DNA of 64,000 bases from Paraphysomonas bandaiensis. Taxonomy: Eukaryota > Protista > Chrysophyceae. Shown here in pieces: positions 52,127-64,000 of the stretch. The position numbers and the translations under genes are program-made. Numbering within the stretch: the stretch's first letter is position 1; every line of letters begins with the position of its first letter. Location: contig CBFFRP010000294.1 in assembly GCA_965644295.1 (NCBI GenBank), positions 1-64,000 of the forward strand, in the 5' to 3' direction. The notes beneath the pieces were generated by a model. The model was given only the letters and a program-made list of their open reading frames with translations. It searched no databases and was not told where the DNA came from.

Positions 52127-52166
52127 TGATCATACAGTCATATAGTCATTGAGAGAGATGGATGCA

Positions 52167-52301
52167 TCTTATTTTTCGGAAATATATTGAAGCAAATATA
52201 GTCTATATTACTGGAATACAACTACGGCTAGAATACAGATAATTGTTGTCTCAATATTAGAGGCATCTTGGAACAAAAATATACAAAGGATGCTGATACG
52301 C
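52167..52301 (+). repeat. ~135-bp dispersed element, copy 3
   Basis: Direct repeat with 51992-52126 at a 175-bp offset. Confidence 0.92.
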
Positions 52302-52580
52302 CATGTATGTACGTGTCTAGATGTACAGGAGTATGCGGTATGGTATATACACGCACCTACTGCAGTACAACACTGTACAACTCTGTATACATCCGTATAC
52401 CGTATACTGGAACTCATTGCAAGTGCATGTATATATGCATGCATGATCATCTAGAGGCACTCATGTTGCACCTGCATTAACATCCACTGCACACGATATC
52501 CTCTTCATCTCTATCCAATGCTTTTCCTCATTCACATCATCTATTCCATCTTGCATATCTATTAATATATCCCATTAAAC

Positions 52581-53595
52581 ATGTCATCATCTACTCAAAC
52601 TATCAGTGCAATATTATGTATAGCAGTTGCCGTATCTTCCTACTATACCTACACCATACATGAAGATCTAACACATACACTCATACATAACTTCATTCTC
52701 TTCATTGATTACTTAGAAAGTGCAACAATTCCATTAAATTCTACTATAGGGTTTCATGTGTTAGACTTTATGGGATCGTTATTAGTGTGCAAATCTTATA
52801 GAGACACTCAGAAGTATGAGAAACACTGGCTAGAGACCATAATATCATGCATGATACATAGATTTGGAGGGACAACAATATTAGGGGTTATGTTAGGTAT
52901 GTATCTGATGGTTATTTGTTAGTGTCTCATTGTAATGTGGGGGTTTAGGACAACCCCCTGGATGGACAATACGTCATAGTGCATCACTTGCTCTAATCCT
53001 TGCATGGTGGTTGACATTTTTTTCTCCTTATGATATATTTTGGAGGATACTTCATCAGTTTCCTGTTGTGTATCATGTTGCAAGTGTATTCGATGCTATT
53101 TCTGCAGGCCATGCTGTTACCTCGTGGGGTATTGACAAGGTCGTATTCAATTCATACCACCTTCCTGCATCGGATATTGGGTCATCTTTGGTATTATCTT
53201 TGACTGGTGGAGTTATTGCATCGAATGGTGGAGGCTTATCTGTGTATTGGTTAGACATACATGCTAAGCGATCTTATACCCTCTCTAGGATGCCACTCGC
53301 CTTCACACTCTCGAGAGAAGGGGACACAGTTCGAGCGAATCTTTTACGCAGTCTACTGCTATCATGCGTGTACTATGCGATTATTAATCCTGTTAACACA
53401 TTCCCATGGTTGATATCAAATTCCAAAGTGGTTGGGCATGCTGTGATATGTGCGATACAAGTGGCGATCTTGATGAGAAAAAGCTTCTTTCCCGATTTCG
53501 ATTTAGCAGTCTTATTGTGTTCTCAACTTCTCAGGTTTATCAATATATCTTCCACTGTTAAGCAGAATAAATCAGGTGGTTTAAAAAAGAAGTAG
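52581..53595 (+). CDS. TRIC (TMEM38-like) trimeric intracellular cation channel (2 exons)
   Basis: FGGTTILGVMLG|QPPGW, AWWLTFFSPYDIF and ASNGGG motifs; multiple TM segments. Confidence 0.8.
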
Positions 53596-53939
53596 TATTG
53601 TTCGAATTCTTTGTTGGAATCCCTCATACGAGGTTTGCTAAGTTCGAATAGCATAGCTTCATTTATGTAGTCAGTGGTAAACGTTGTTGTATAGTGGTAT
53701 TGCAATTCTTGTTAAATGAATACGTATTGTTTGTGATTTATTCGTTGATATTGACAAGGGACCATCGGAACTAAATAGCATATGTTTGTTATTAAATTAA
53801 TCATGACTCTTGAAAGTTTACACGGAGCGGATGGTAGTTGCAAAGTTGAGTCTGCAATATCCACGGAGATTTTAGAAGTTTCTGTTCAAGAGGTAGTTTT
53901 AGGAGTGTAACCCAAGTTTGCTTTGAGATTGTTTTCATT

Positions 53940-54996
53940 CGCCCGCTAAATTTAATTTCAATGGGTATTCAGGCCTGGTGGACAACTTGACTGATTTGTG
54001 CCGACAGCTACGAACTCTGAATAATGCTAGTAAGCTCCGAAAGAAAGGTCTTCTCTGTGTACTAACGAAACAAGATACCAGGTGGGCTCCACATTTGCAA
54101 TAATTGACCGCTACTTGCATTTATCTAATCATTGGCGATCATGCGAGTTTGGTTCCGACGTGATAAGTCTAATACCAAGTGAAATGGAGCATGCCAAGCT
54201 CGTGCAATGACGGAAGGAATTGGAATTCTTTCAACTAGTGTCCATACAATTACAGAAGGAAGGTGAACACCAGCTTGACCTCCACGACGTCCGCATATTA
54301 TTTGATGAACTCATCATTAGGCACCCGATTGTCGAGCAATGCCGCCAGGCTTGCGTAACCATTAATGGCCATTAATGGCGACGCATTGCTTCCCCTATTT
54401 TATGGCCATTAATTTTAAAAATCCCACCATTTTTATGGCCATTAATGGTTACGCAAGCCTGAATGCCGCTATTATTCATGACGCTGCTTTCGAAAAGGCA
54501 GTCGTGAAGTTTCAATGTGGCAATGAAGCCGCACTAACTTGGACGGAAAAGGATCAAATTAAAATATTTTTGCTTGATGAGGATGAAGAAGATGAATACA
54601 GTGAGAGTCTAGTTGAGAATGACGATGCAGCGCAACGTTTGATGATAGCAGACAGCGGAAGCGAGCACGTCTTAACCAGCAAACTCGTTACCGCAGCATG
54701 AAGCATTTGCATGCCACAACCAGTAAGGTTGAAAGGTTGTTCAGTAGAGCTAAAATTGTTATAACGGATTTGCGCAAGAGTATGACTCCTCGGCATTTGG
54801 AGTTACTGATGTTTTTACGCGTGAACCGTCGCCTCTGGAATGAAAAGACAGTTGAGGTAGCTATATTGGCAGCTAGTGTAGTTTAGTATGAAATAATTGC
54901 AATTAATTGCAATAGTTGAAATTGAAACACCAAGTACAGTAATAATTGCAATTATAATTGACTACAACCTGCGTCAATTAATTGATACGCAGCCTG
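53940..54996 (+). pseudogene. Decayed hAT transposon (transposase fragments and probable 3' terminus); left boundary approximate
   Basis: Frameshifted QLRTLNNASKLR..QDTRW/GSTFAIIDRYL; FEKAVVK; hATC dimerisation motif TSKVERLFSRAK..RKSMTPRHLELLMFLRVNRRLW; subterminal AATTGCAATT repeats; terminus ...ATTGATACGCAGCCTG at 54996. Confidence 0.85.
54346..54461. mobile_element. 116-bp hAT-type MITE
   Basis: Perfect 27-bp TIR CAGGCTTGCGTAACCATTAATGGCCAT; 8-bp TSD AATGCCGC (54338-54345 and 54462-54469). Confidence 0.95.
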
Positions 54997-55393
54997 CTAA
55001 ATTATTGTAAAACAAGACATGAAGTGCTTCGTAGATCGTAGAAATAAAGTAGGATTGAAACGTATTTTCAACTCCATTTTATAATTTCTAAATGCTTGAA
55101 TCTTCATTTGGTATCGTTTTAATAGATTTCAGTCCTGTTTACAGACGGTATCAATCTGAATCCTAAGTGGAATGAAGTAAAGAGATTTTAGTCCTCAATC
55201 TTAATCTTTTTGTGTACGCTATTTATTTCAAAAGTAGTAATACTCTAAATATATAATACTAAAACCCACCCTACATGAGATCAATCGTCATTAGTCCAGG
55301 AATTTTTAATTATACAACTAGAGAACAATTTGATTCAAGCATGACAATCTAATATATAGCTCCCCTAGATATGCGAAACGGGATGTTCTATAA

Positions 55394-58300
55394 CTAGTGT
55401 CCCTCGTGACGAACACTACATTCTCCCGTAGTAATTAGATTCATAATTCGTGGTAAAAGGGGCTTTAATGCGACCAAATTTTCACGAATAGCCTTCACAC
55501 TATTACATAAACTTAATAAAAATATTAATAATAAAGCGAAGTCTATCCACCTGCCAGGAAGAGTGCATATTAGTGTCTCAAACCTTGTTCCCACAACTGG
55601 CCTCGACAGAACCGCCAGTGGAGTATGGCGCAGACCTTTTACAAAATTAAAACACACTACAGAAACATGACTGCAGCCAACCTTCATTTATTAATGCTTG
55701 TGCGACGCTTGGAGCTTCCCTATGAAGCAATGGCCTGATGGCTTCAGGAGTGATATCACGTGGCCCAAAACCAGTCCCACCTAGAAGTACTATAAAACAC
55801 GAGTGTGTTTCAGTTTCCATCACACACCTGATGATAGTATAAGGTGGACAGGATTCTGGCCACGCTCAGACCACTTAGTCACCATTGCAGTAATGTCCGC
55901 TGTCACAAGACGAGATCAACTCAACATCAACTGCAACAGTAACAAATACCTCTCTCATCAGGTACAACAGCGGTGCATGCCACGCGTATGGACACTGGCC
56001 ACGCCGGATCATCACTCATATCTTTTAACAATTTTTCCATCTCTGGTCCGCTTTCATCACGGTATACACCTTGATGAGCCTTGGAAAATAAATCACGTGT
56101 GTTTACACAAAAATTTCAAGTTGAAACATACCCGATCAGAGATTGTTAGCAGTCCTACAGTGATCTCCAAAGCAGAACCAGGAGGTTTAGCCGCAGCTGT
56201 TAATTCCAAATGACTATCTATATCACAGTACTGAAAATACCGAAGCACTGACCTTTCGTGGAATTGATCTCCTGTGCTTTCTTCTCTGCCTCTGCATACA
56301 CATCGAGTCCAGATGCTGCGGAATGATGACACTCGTCTGCTGATGGCGGGGGTATATCACCCACAAGTAGGGCAGACACCACAGACCCAATCGGGAGTAA
56401 CCCTTCTCCTCTAGGCTACACAGATAATCGACAAAATTATACAATTGGAGAAGAAGATAATGTACAAACCAGGCAGAGAAGAGCATTGGCAGTGCGCATA
56501 GACAGCAGACGGCTACTGCGCTGCATTCCTGTACTTTGGGCTCGGAAAGTTTGTGTGGCGGAATCAAATTTCACATATGCCCTATATGAACAGACAGTAA
56601 GTCACAGTATAGACGATCAAACACATGGATATAGTACCTGTGATACTCCGGCCGAACAGAATTTAGCTTGTAAGATTCTGTGGTGCGCAGCTTGACTTGC
56701 GGGTGCATGCAGTCTACACCGTACTTATTTAAGTGGGGGTTAAATGTGAACCAAAATAAGAATATACCACTTGATTTCATTCCCTGTAGCCGCTTTAGAG
56801 CAGGGTCGACCACCAGTGCCTTAGTAACAAGGCAACTAACAGGATTACCCGGAAGTCCGAAGAAATACGCCGTTCCTTTTCCAGATGGCCGAGGTACAGA
56901 CGCAAATGTTGTCGGCTTACCCGGCATCATGCGCATTCGACCAAAATGAACTGTGCCAATCTCCTGTAAGAGCACTTTCACAAAGTCAGCTTCGCCCATA
57001 CTGACTCCACCCGAGGTGATCACTATGTCGCACTGCTCTGCAGCAGAGAGCATGCGCTCTCTCAACGTCTCCTTGGAGTCTCGTATGATCCCAAGGTCAA
57101 CACAGTCGCATCCACCCTGCGCGGGAAATGTTGAGGAAATCATAACATTACTAATATTTATTTAGCTGCATATACATATGAGTCGCATTCTACAAAGCCC
57201 CAACACCTGTCGGAATGCAGCAATCAAAGCTGGACGGTTACTGTCTCGAATCTATACAACCCGAAATTAGAAGCGCTAAAATAATTGTGTTAGACAATTT
57301 TTACCTGCGCGCCAGTGGGAGTCTCCCAGGGTTCCACAAGTTCGTCTCCAGTGCTCATCACTCCAACCACCGGGTTAGATGTACATGGGACCTGGTAAAG
57401 TCAGAGTCAAAACCATAGAAGCACTACAATTCAACTGTATACTTCAGCGATTCCAATAGTAGCCAAGAGACCAACCTCCGCAGGGCCTATCGTAGATCCA
57501 GAAGGTACAATGAGTTGACCGGGGCTACTATAATTAGAACAGAAGTGTGGTCGTAATGGGGGTGGAGTCTCACCTAATATCACTACCAATTTGACGAATA
57601 TTGGCGCCTTCTTGGACATCACACTTTATGGTTACGTAGGTTACACCATCCTCTTGTGAGGCAACCACAGTGTCTTCAACCTAACGCATGGTCACAGTAG
57701 CATCGTATTATTCACACACTATACTTTAACAACGGCATTCGCCCCTGGAGGGACCTGAGAACCGGTAGTAATGTAGACGATTTTGCCTGAGTACAATAGC
57801 CATGGTAACCACGCAAATGTAGAAAAAGGTAGTACAATACAGCGCTATCTAGTAGAATGGTATATATGAACATAGTGAGTGCATGCAGTATAATATAGCA
57901 CTATACAGCACAGTGGAGTGGTATATATATAGACTATGCACCATCGCGTAGTTCAATATAGCACTGTACAGTAGAGGGGTGTATATACACGGCACCTGAG
58001 TGTCGTACAATATAACAATATACAATAAAGTGGTATATATACTATGCACCTTAGTGTAGTTCAAAACAGTACTGTACAGTGGAGTGGAGTGATATATATG
58101 TACATAGTATGCACCTGAGTGTAGTTCAATATGACACTATATATGAGAGTGGAGTGGTATATACGTACACGGTATGCACTTGAGTCACGTATAACACTAT
58201 ATAGCAGTATAGTGGAGTGGTATATATGTACATACTATGCAACTGAGTATAGTTCAGTATAGCACTGTACAGTAGATTGGGATGATATATATGTACACAG

Positions 58301-58649
58301 GATGCATCTGACTCACGCACAGCACTTCATAGCACAGTAGAGTAGAGTGGTATATATGTACATAGTATGCACCTGAGTGAAGAGCACCGCATGAAGAGGA
58401 TCCAGCTAATACTTTCTCTTGTACAGGATACGTTCCAGCAGATAGAGGTCCCTTGACTGCATATCCATCCATAATGGAAGTAAGAAATGATGGAAATGGG
58501 CTGATTGAGATGATATCTTCTCCTATAATTCGACCACAACATTGCGATAGATTTACAGGCTTATTTGATAAAGAAACCACCTCTGATAACACTGTTTTAA
58601 TAGCTTCATCTACTTCTATCATCGGATATTCATTGGATGTTAATGGCAT
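55394..58649 (-). CDS. CNX1: Molybdopterin molybdenumtransferase/adenylyltransferase (Cnx1/gephyrin family; MoeA E-domain then MogA G-domain; many exons)
   Basis: YPMIEVDEA, TSIMDGYAV, ITTGSQVP, STGDEL, IRDSN, ITSGGVSMG, PGKP, FGLPGNPVS, RPEYH; then LTISDR, GGTGFGPRDITPEA, AVLSRPVVG, TLPG. Confidence 0.92.
57840..58378. repeat. Degenerate 54-65-bp minisatellite filling CNX1 intron 1
   Basis: GCACCTGAGT-like marker at 57938, 57992, 58046, 58111, 58176, 58239, 58304, 58369. Confidence 0.85.
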
Positions 58650-59809
58650 GATTGAGATATTGTTATATAGATATGTATGTAATTATGAAGGAGATACGCT
58701 ACTAATATAAGAGTATATGAAGAGTACGTGTATAGTATGTAGAAGTAGATGTAGATGAAGAGTATGTATGTATATCTCATTAAAATGAAGTCAAAGTAAA
58801 GAAGATACGGGCTACATAACGGGCTACATATACGGGATGGAATCCGTCATATTGTTTACATACAGAGAGTGCCTGTGCACTTGTTCTTCTGTGCATTGGT
58901 GAGATTGATCCACTTTAGATACTTCTTGGAGTACACCATCCCATTCAGACATTGCTCTGCCTTCAAATGCTTCAGCTGATGCAGCAATAGCGGAGGATCA
59001 TATCAACCTTTAACAGCTTCATCATCGAAACGTTTCGTTTAGCCTTTTGCTTTTAATTTTGATCATATAAAGGTGGGTTTTCTAGCTGTTTTGCTGTTTT
59101 TCATATCAAAACATGGAATATCATTAAAAGATACGATACTATGATTGCTTACTAATTAATTCAGTTATCAGTGTGATTAAATGCAATGAATGTATTAGTA
59201 AAGTAAATCGCATCCTGTTGAGAATGCGGTGAATCTTAACGAGCTGCATGGACTATATTTATCTGGTTTATACACGCTTTTAGGTCATAAAAGAAATACA
59301 GAAGTAGGACTGCTTAAGAACAACAAGATCAGAACTAGTGTGTTCACTTATTTTATTGTATTGCAAGTATTTTCTACGTTGAACATGACAGTTTTGATAG
59401 GATGGCATCCAATATCGATCACTGTTTTGATGATGATTTTGTTTAAGCTGCATTTTAAATTTTAACGTCGATAGCTGTTTTTCTAGTACATGTCATTACC
59501 TAAAAATATAATTAGTGTTTTATGTTTGTAGCATGACAACGTCACTAATTCTTTTAATTTTACTGTCAATAATGTAGTTTTCATGAGGTGTCTAATAGCT
59601 AATAGTTTTACGCGTAGCTTGATATCAGCATCCCTCAATAAAGTTCCGGGATGAGGAATTTTGTAATTTCTTACACATACACCTTCAGTTCCGGGCTAGA
59701 ATTTTTTCTAAGAACCTAGAAAATGCTGATAATATTACGTAATATTGCTTTATATATTACGAAATTACTATGAATAATGTAGCCAAGAATTTCTCAAACT
59801 ATTCCATAT

Positions 59810-60780
59810 CTACTTGTCATATCTCTTGATACGCAATAACGAATATACGCCGAGACAAATTACCTATACAGCACGTCAAATATATGTATGCATCATGTAT
59901 AACTTACCGCATTTACATATACATTGTGAGACTCCTCTAGCTGGTTCAAGCAAACTCCGGCAAAAAAGAACACCAAAAGCTGCACACCAGAATCAATGAA
60001 TACATCGCATATAGCCTCATAGTCGCTACTCACCACTGCTATAAGACCCGCATACCACAATACCACATAGCGCCCAGTATAATCTAAAAAGAAGTAGTAA
60101 AATACCCCTTTATACTCATACCACACCCATGAAAAGAGGCAATAACAGACCCCATAAAGCACAGCGAAGGGAGCATGTGATGAATTGAAGTGGAGACCAT
60201 TCAGCATACTTTCAGCAGTCATAAATATTACATTCGCGTTGTGCATTAATAGTGATGGAATTCGAAAAAAGTTATCAACTGGAAGACCACGGGATATTCC
60301 ACCAGGGATGAGTACAAATGATGTAACACTGGTAACTAGAAAAGAAACTGCAAATGAGAGCTCATAAAGGACCCATCCCAATTCTATGAAAACTCTCGGA
60401 ACAAGATGATCCAGTCCCATACTTGTCATAATACTACAGTAAGAACTGATTAAGAAATATATCCCCATGACATTCCATGACCAAACAGTAAATGTTGTTA
60501 GTCTTTCTAAGTGCAAAACTTGTACTGTCTTATGTGTACCCTCTCTTGTAGTTACAGTCACCTTCAATCCTTTGGGGTCACGAACAATGTGAAGAGATGT
60601 TGCAAATACTAATATTAATATAGAAAATCTTAATATTGCCAATATATGTGTGGGGAGTGTTCTACTCTGTGAGATATTAGCAACTGATACAAGACTAAAT
60701 CCAAGATCTCGTGTAGTAATTAAATGAAAACAGTATGCAACTAATATAAAAAGAAACCCTGATGCATCAATTAATCCCAT
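59810..60780 (-). CDS. FAR-17a/AIG1- or Rolling-stone-like multi-pass membrane protein (3 exons)
   Basis: Hydrophobic helices with LTTFTVWSW, LLMHNANV..E and YYFFLDY; last exon ends RIKRYDK* at 59810. Confidence 0.65.
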
Positions 60781-61200
60781 TGTAACTTAATTGTAGTGTA
60801 CTTAAGTTACTATGATGGTGATATCAATTGATTTCATGTATGGGATGATACATAGATAAGGACTGGATACTGAGCAGAGTATATGCATAGGTACGTAGAG
60901 ATACGGGCTACATTGTTGTGGTGTACAGAGCAGCAGTCACAAAGTAGTGGATATACTTCGACAGGTACATTGTGTGTGTATAGATGTTGGTATAGAGGTA
61001 CGAGTTCGTTGTACATAGGTACAATTTCATTGTGTTGTAGTTGCATATAGAAAAATAGAAGCAAGTCCAGAACATATACATACATACACCAGTACAGGTG
61101 CATATATACATAGTTACATACATGCAGATCTCTATGGAATTGTTCGTACAGTACTCACACATATCAACATGAGCTTCTGATAGATACTTAATATATCATC

Positions 61201-61915
61201 ATGGGATATAAAAGAATTCCATCCGCATCATCAGGTGGTTTGAGTACTCAATTAATAACTGATGATACAGATTCTGATCCTGATATTGACACTAGTATTG
61301 ATTTCTTTATAGACCGTCGAGTTCTGTATGGATTACGAGGAAAATATCTTGAAGAAGCAAATTCACATTTAATTCTTTTAGAAGTAACAGGTATGTATAT
61401 GCATATAACTCGACATAGAAGTCTGTGTATATAAGTATGTGTATATATAACTGTATATATAAGTGTATATATATGTGTGTGTATACAGGAGTATGTGTAT
61501 ATATAACTGTATGAATAAGTAGAATAATGTATTTTCGTAGAAAATGATCCCTCATTGAGGCGCTCCACATTATTAGACGGTAGAACTATAGACTTTTTAT
61601 TTGGGAATGACGTGACAAGAGCTTTTCCAGGTAATCATATGAAATATATACATGAAGTATATAATGAATGTTGCAGCTAAGCAGTACATACGATGTCTTC
61701 ATGAGGAACAGCAAGATATGGCTGTAAAGTTTTACCACGCTGTCTATGACGCTACAATGGAATACCATTCCAGTCTACGAGGATATGGTCTATGTGCTTG
61801 TTGTGTAACAAGTAATGCGAAGGATATTTTAGAAGAAAAACTTGAGCACTCCTATAGGGAATTCATCTCAACGCTGGCGGTCCTTCAAAATACTGGCTTG
61901 ATTGATGATATATAG
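61201..61915 (+). CDS. Hypothetical protein (3 exons)
   Basis: ATG 61201; donor at ~61391 and acceptor at ~61540; second short intron at ~61631; frames join and end at the TAG at 61913-61915. No recognised domain. Confidence 0.6.
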
Positions 61916-62542
61916 ATCTTTTGCCAAAGTGGTGATATGTACGCACATGTGCTGGTTGTTGGCCCGGCCTGTGGTAGTATCTGTACATAGTTGTTATCTG
62001 CGTTCGGTTTTGTATTGTTTATCATATAGCATGATTAAGAAACTGAATATTATTTCGTAAATATTTGAGACAACGATATGTCGTAGTTTTTAACCTCCTT
62101 TCTATAAATTAGCAGTGCCCTCCACAGTTGTAGTGTTGTAGATGCAAAATAATCTAGTATTTGAAGGTTATATATGTATGTATGCAAGGCAAACTTTGCC
62201 GGTTCGGTTTCCATAGATGAAAAAGCCATATTGAAAGTGTTTTATAGGATATATATAGGATCTGAAATTTCTGATAGGTACATGGTATAACAATAGGCAC
62301 ACTATACACGTGGACAAATAAAATTTTCGTTAGTCCGCCCTTCATACAGAACGTATTAAATGAAGCAGGTGATATATTGAATAATTACACTCATATATGC
62401 TCGGTGCTAATAATTACCAATTCGACAAAACAAAGAACTCATTTCTAGCAATGACTATTGTCTACATCTAAAGGTACATTCCTACGTTCACTGTACTCGT
62501 TTTCGTATGTGACCACTGAGAGATCTACTTATCTAGAAGAAG

Positions 62543-64000
62543 CTAGTCGAGAAGTTGTGAAAAGGCCTTCCACGCCTTTCGGAACGGCTTACGGCACTCC
62601 TCTTTTAAAAACGGTTGTATTTCAGCAGATAAATACACAGAGTTTTGCTGGAGTTTACTGCGAAGGCTAGCGCGCGAGAAAACGCCATCACTACTTAACC
62701 TTTGAAGAATGCCGGCAACCTGATCATGCAGTAACTCAAAAACACTGTGAAATCATTTCAGCTGTCATACCCGCTTGTTAGGTTTCCTCTCTGTGATAAC
62801 AGAGAGTGGTTCGACCATGTTATCCTTTTTAAATACAGTAGACAAGCCACACTCAGTCACGACTTTTCCCTCCAACAGCAATCGCCCAAACCATCTAGAA
62901 GGCATCAAATTACTATAAAAATGAAGTTATTGATAAGATTAATCACCTGTATATCTCGTCCTGCGCCCTGTACCCGCTAGGTTCAGATCTCACTGCCGAT
63001 GAGTTGAGTGCTTGTTCTGAGACCAGCCGTTCACAGCAGTGTTTGAGAGGCTGTAATACAGGTGGGAGTTGCCAACGATGAACTCCTACAAATATTGTAA
63101 TTACTAATGTAGACCTTCGCATTTTAATGTCGTACCATAGACTGAGGGAACGTAGCACATTATCATGTCCGTCTCCAAATCAAAGAATGGTGAGGGGTGG
63201 TCTTGAGGAGAAAGCCAGTTCAAAAGAGGACAATCCCTGATCATATACAATCAGTCGAGTGTCATGTCGCGCACCGGTACTGACCTGCACAATTCAGGGA
63301 TCCATGCGGCACTCACAACAGTAACCCCCGACATATATGTGGTATCTCCTGTCTGGTTGGATATCAACTCATTGTATACGACATACTCCGGAAGCGGCTC
63401 AGTAGGGTCCTAAATATATATAACAACAGCTCTATCAAGCAGAAGACAAGTGATACTACCTTTCGGTACAATGTGGAATTAGGATGGATGTACACAGGAG
63501 TTGATATCGCCGGGTCGCAACAAAGATATGCTAGATATTCACCAAAATTACTGAAGAATATTCAAAAACATGCAGCGTTACCTGTCAAACGCTTACGCCT
63601 GCTCGTGCCAGGTGCCAACTCAATGGCACCAAGGGGAGCCTTGCGGGCAATACGATCACTTGATCCAGTCAGTAATATCTGCAATTATATAAGCAGATTA
63701 CATGCACCTATGCTGCCCACCTGTCGCAATGCAACTTCTTGCGCAGCATCTGGAGGTGGTACGCGATCAAGTTTATCATAACCGCTAATTTCCTCTTTGC
63801 TACCACTTTTAACTAGAATTTTCATAGCAAGCTGGTGTAGCTGTCGCTGTAATTCGAGTGATCGATGAAGTGTCGCCTAAAATCGAAAGTTACCGTCAAA
63901 ATTGGTAATGAGAGAATAACTAACCCTATGCAGCGCATATTTTCGACATAGTTTTGAAACCGCCCCGTCGTCGTCACTGGTTTTAGAGAGAGCGCCGCTC
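62543..64000 (-). CDS. DHX37: DEAH-box RNA helicase DHX37/Dhr1-like, C-terminal part (5' end outside the window)
   Basis: Spliced minus-strand exons give LRQ|ILLTGSSDRIARK, VYIHPNSTLY, PEYVVYNELI, YMSGVTVVSAAWIPEL (OB fold), then WQLPPV and YRWFGRLLLEG; stop at 62543-62545. Confidence 0.8.

Noticed and set aside
51992-52320. 135-bp element as a Helitron (5' TC, 3' hairpin)
   Set aside because: No consistent CTRR|T 3' end or A|T insertion site across the three copies.

Overview
Eukaryotic genomic DNA with short GT-AG introns (mostly about 45-90 nt). It is probably from a protist; a stramenopile-like origin is inferred, not proven. Positions 1-12.8 kb are the right edge of a near-perfectly homogeneous 305-bp satellite array of about 42 units. 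The array contains a local 610-bp dimeric higher-order repeat and a diverged terminal unit. The rest of the window is gene-dense. Genes in order: TMX3/PDI-like oxidoreductase, M19 dipeptidase, R2R3-Myb, eIF4B/4H-like RRM protein, two coiled-coil hypotheticals, p25alpha/TPPP-like protein, a protein with 8 copies of a Y-x-x-V-x-S-R-L-x-x-P-T-x-A motif, DnaJ protein, MORN protein, cAMP-receptor-like GPCR, omega-like GST, MBD4-like glycosylase, TRIC channel, Cnx1/gephyrin, AIG1/Rost-like membrane protein, a small hypothetical, and the 3' part of a DHX37-like helicase. Mobile DNA includes a complete, very young Ty1/copia element (identical 320-bp LTRs, CAATA TSD) nested in an unclassified dispersed repeat, a decayed hAT transposon carrying a 116-bp MITE, and a ~135-bp element found three times in promoters. 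I did not see a clear-cut novel multi-gene system. The best leads are the satellite, the MBD4 N-terminal module, the promoter element, TSS-proximal AT/ApT-rich domains, and an intron built from repeats of its own splice donor. All calls were made by eye, without database searches.
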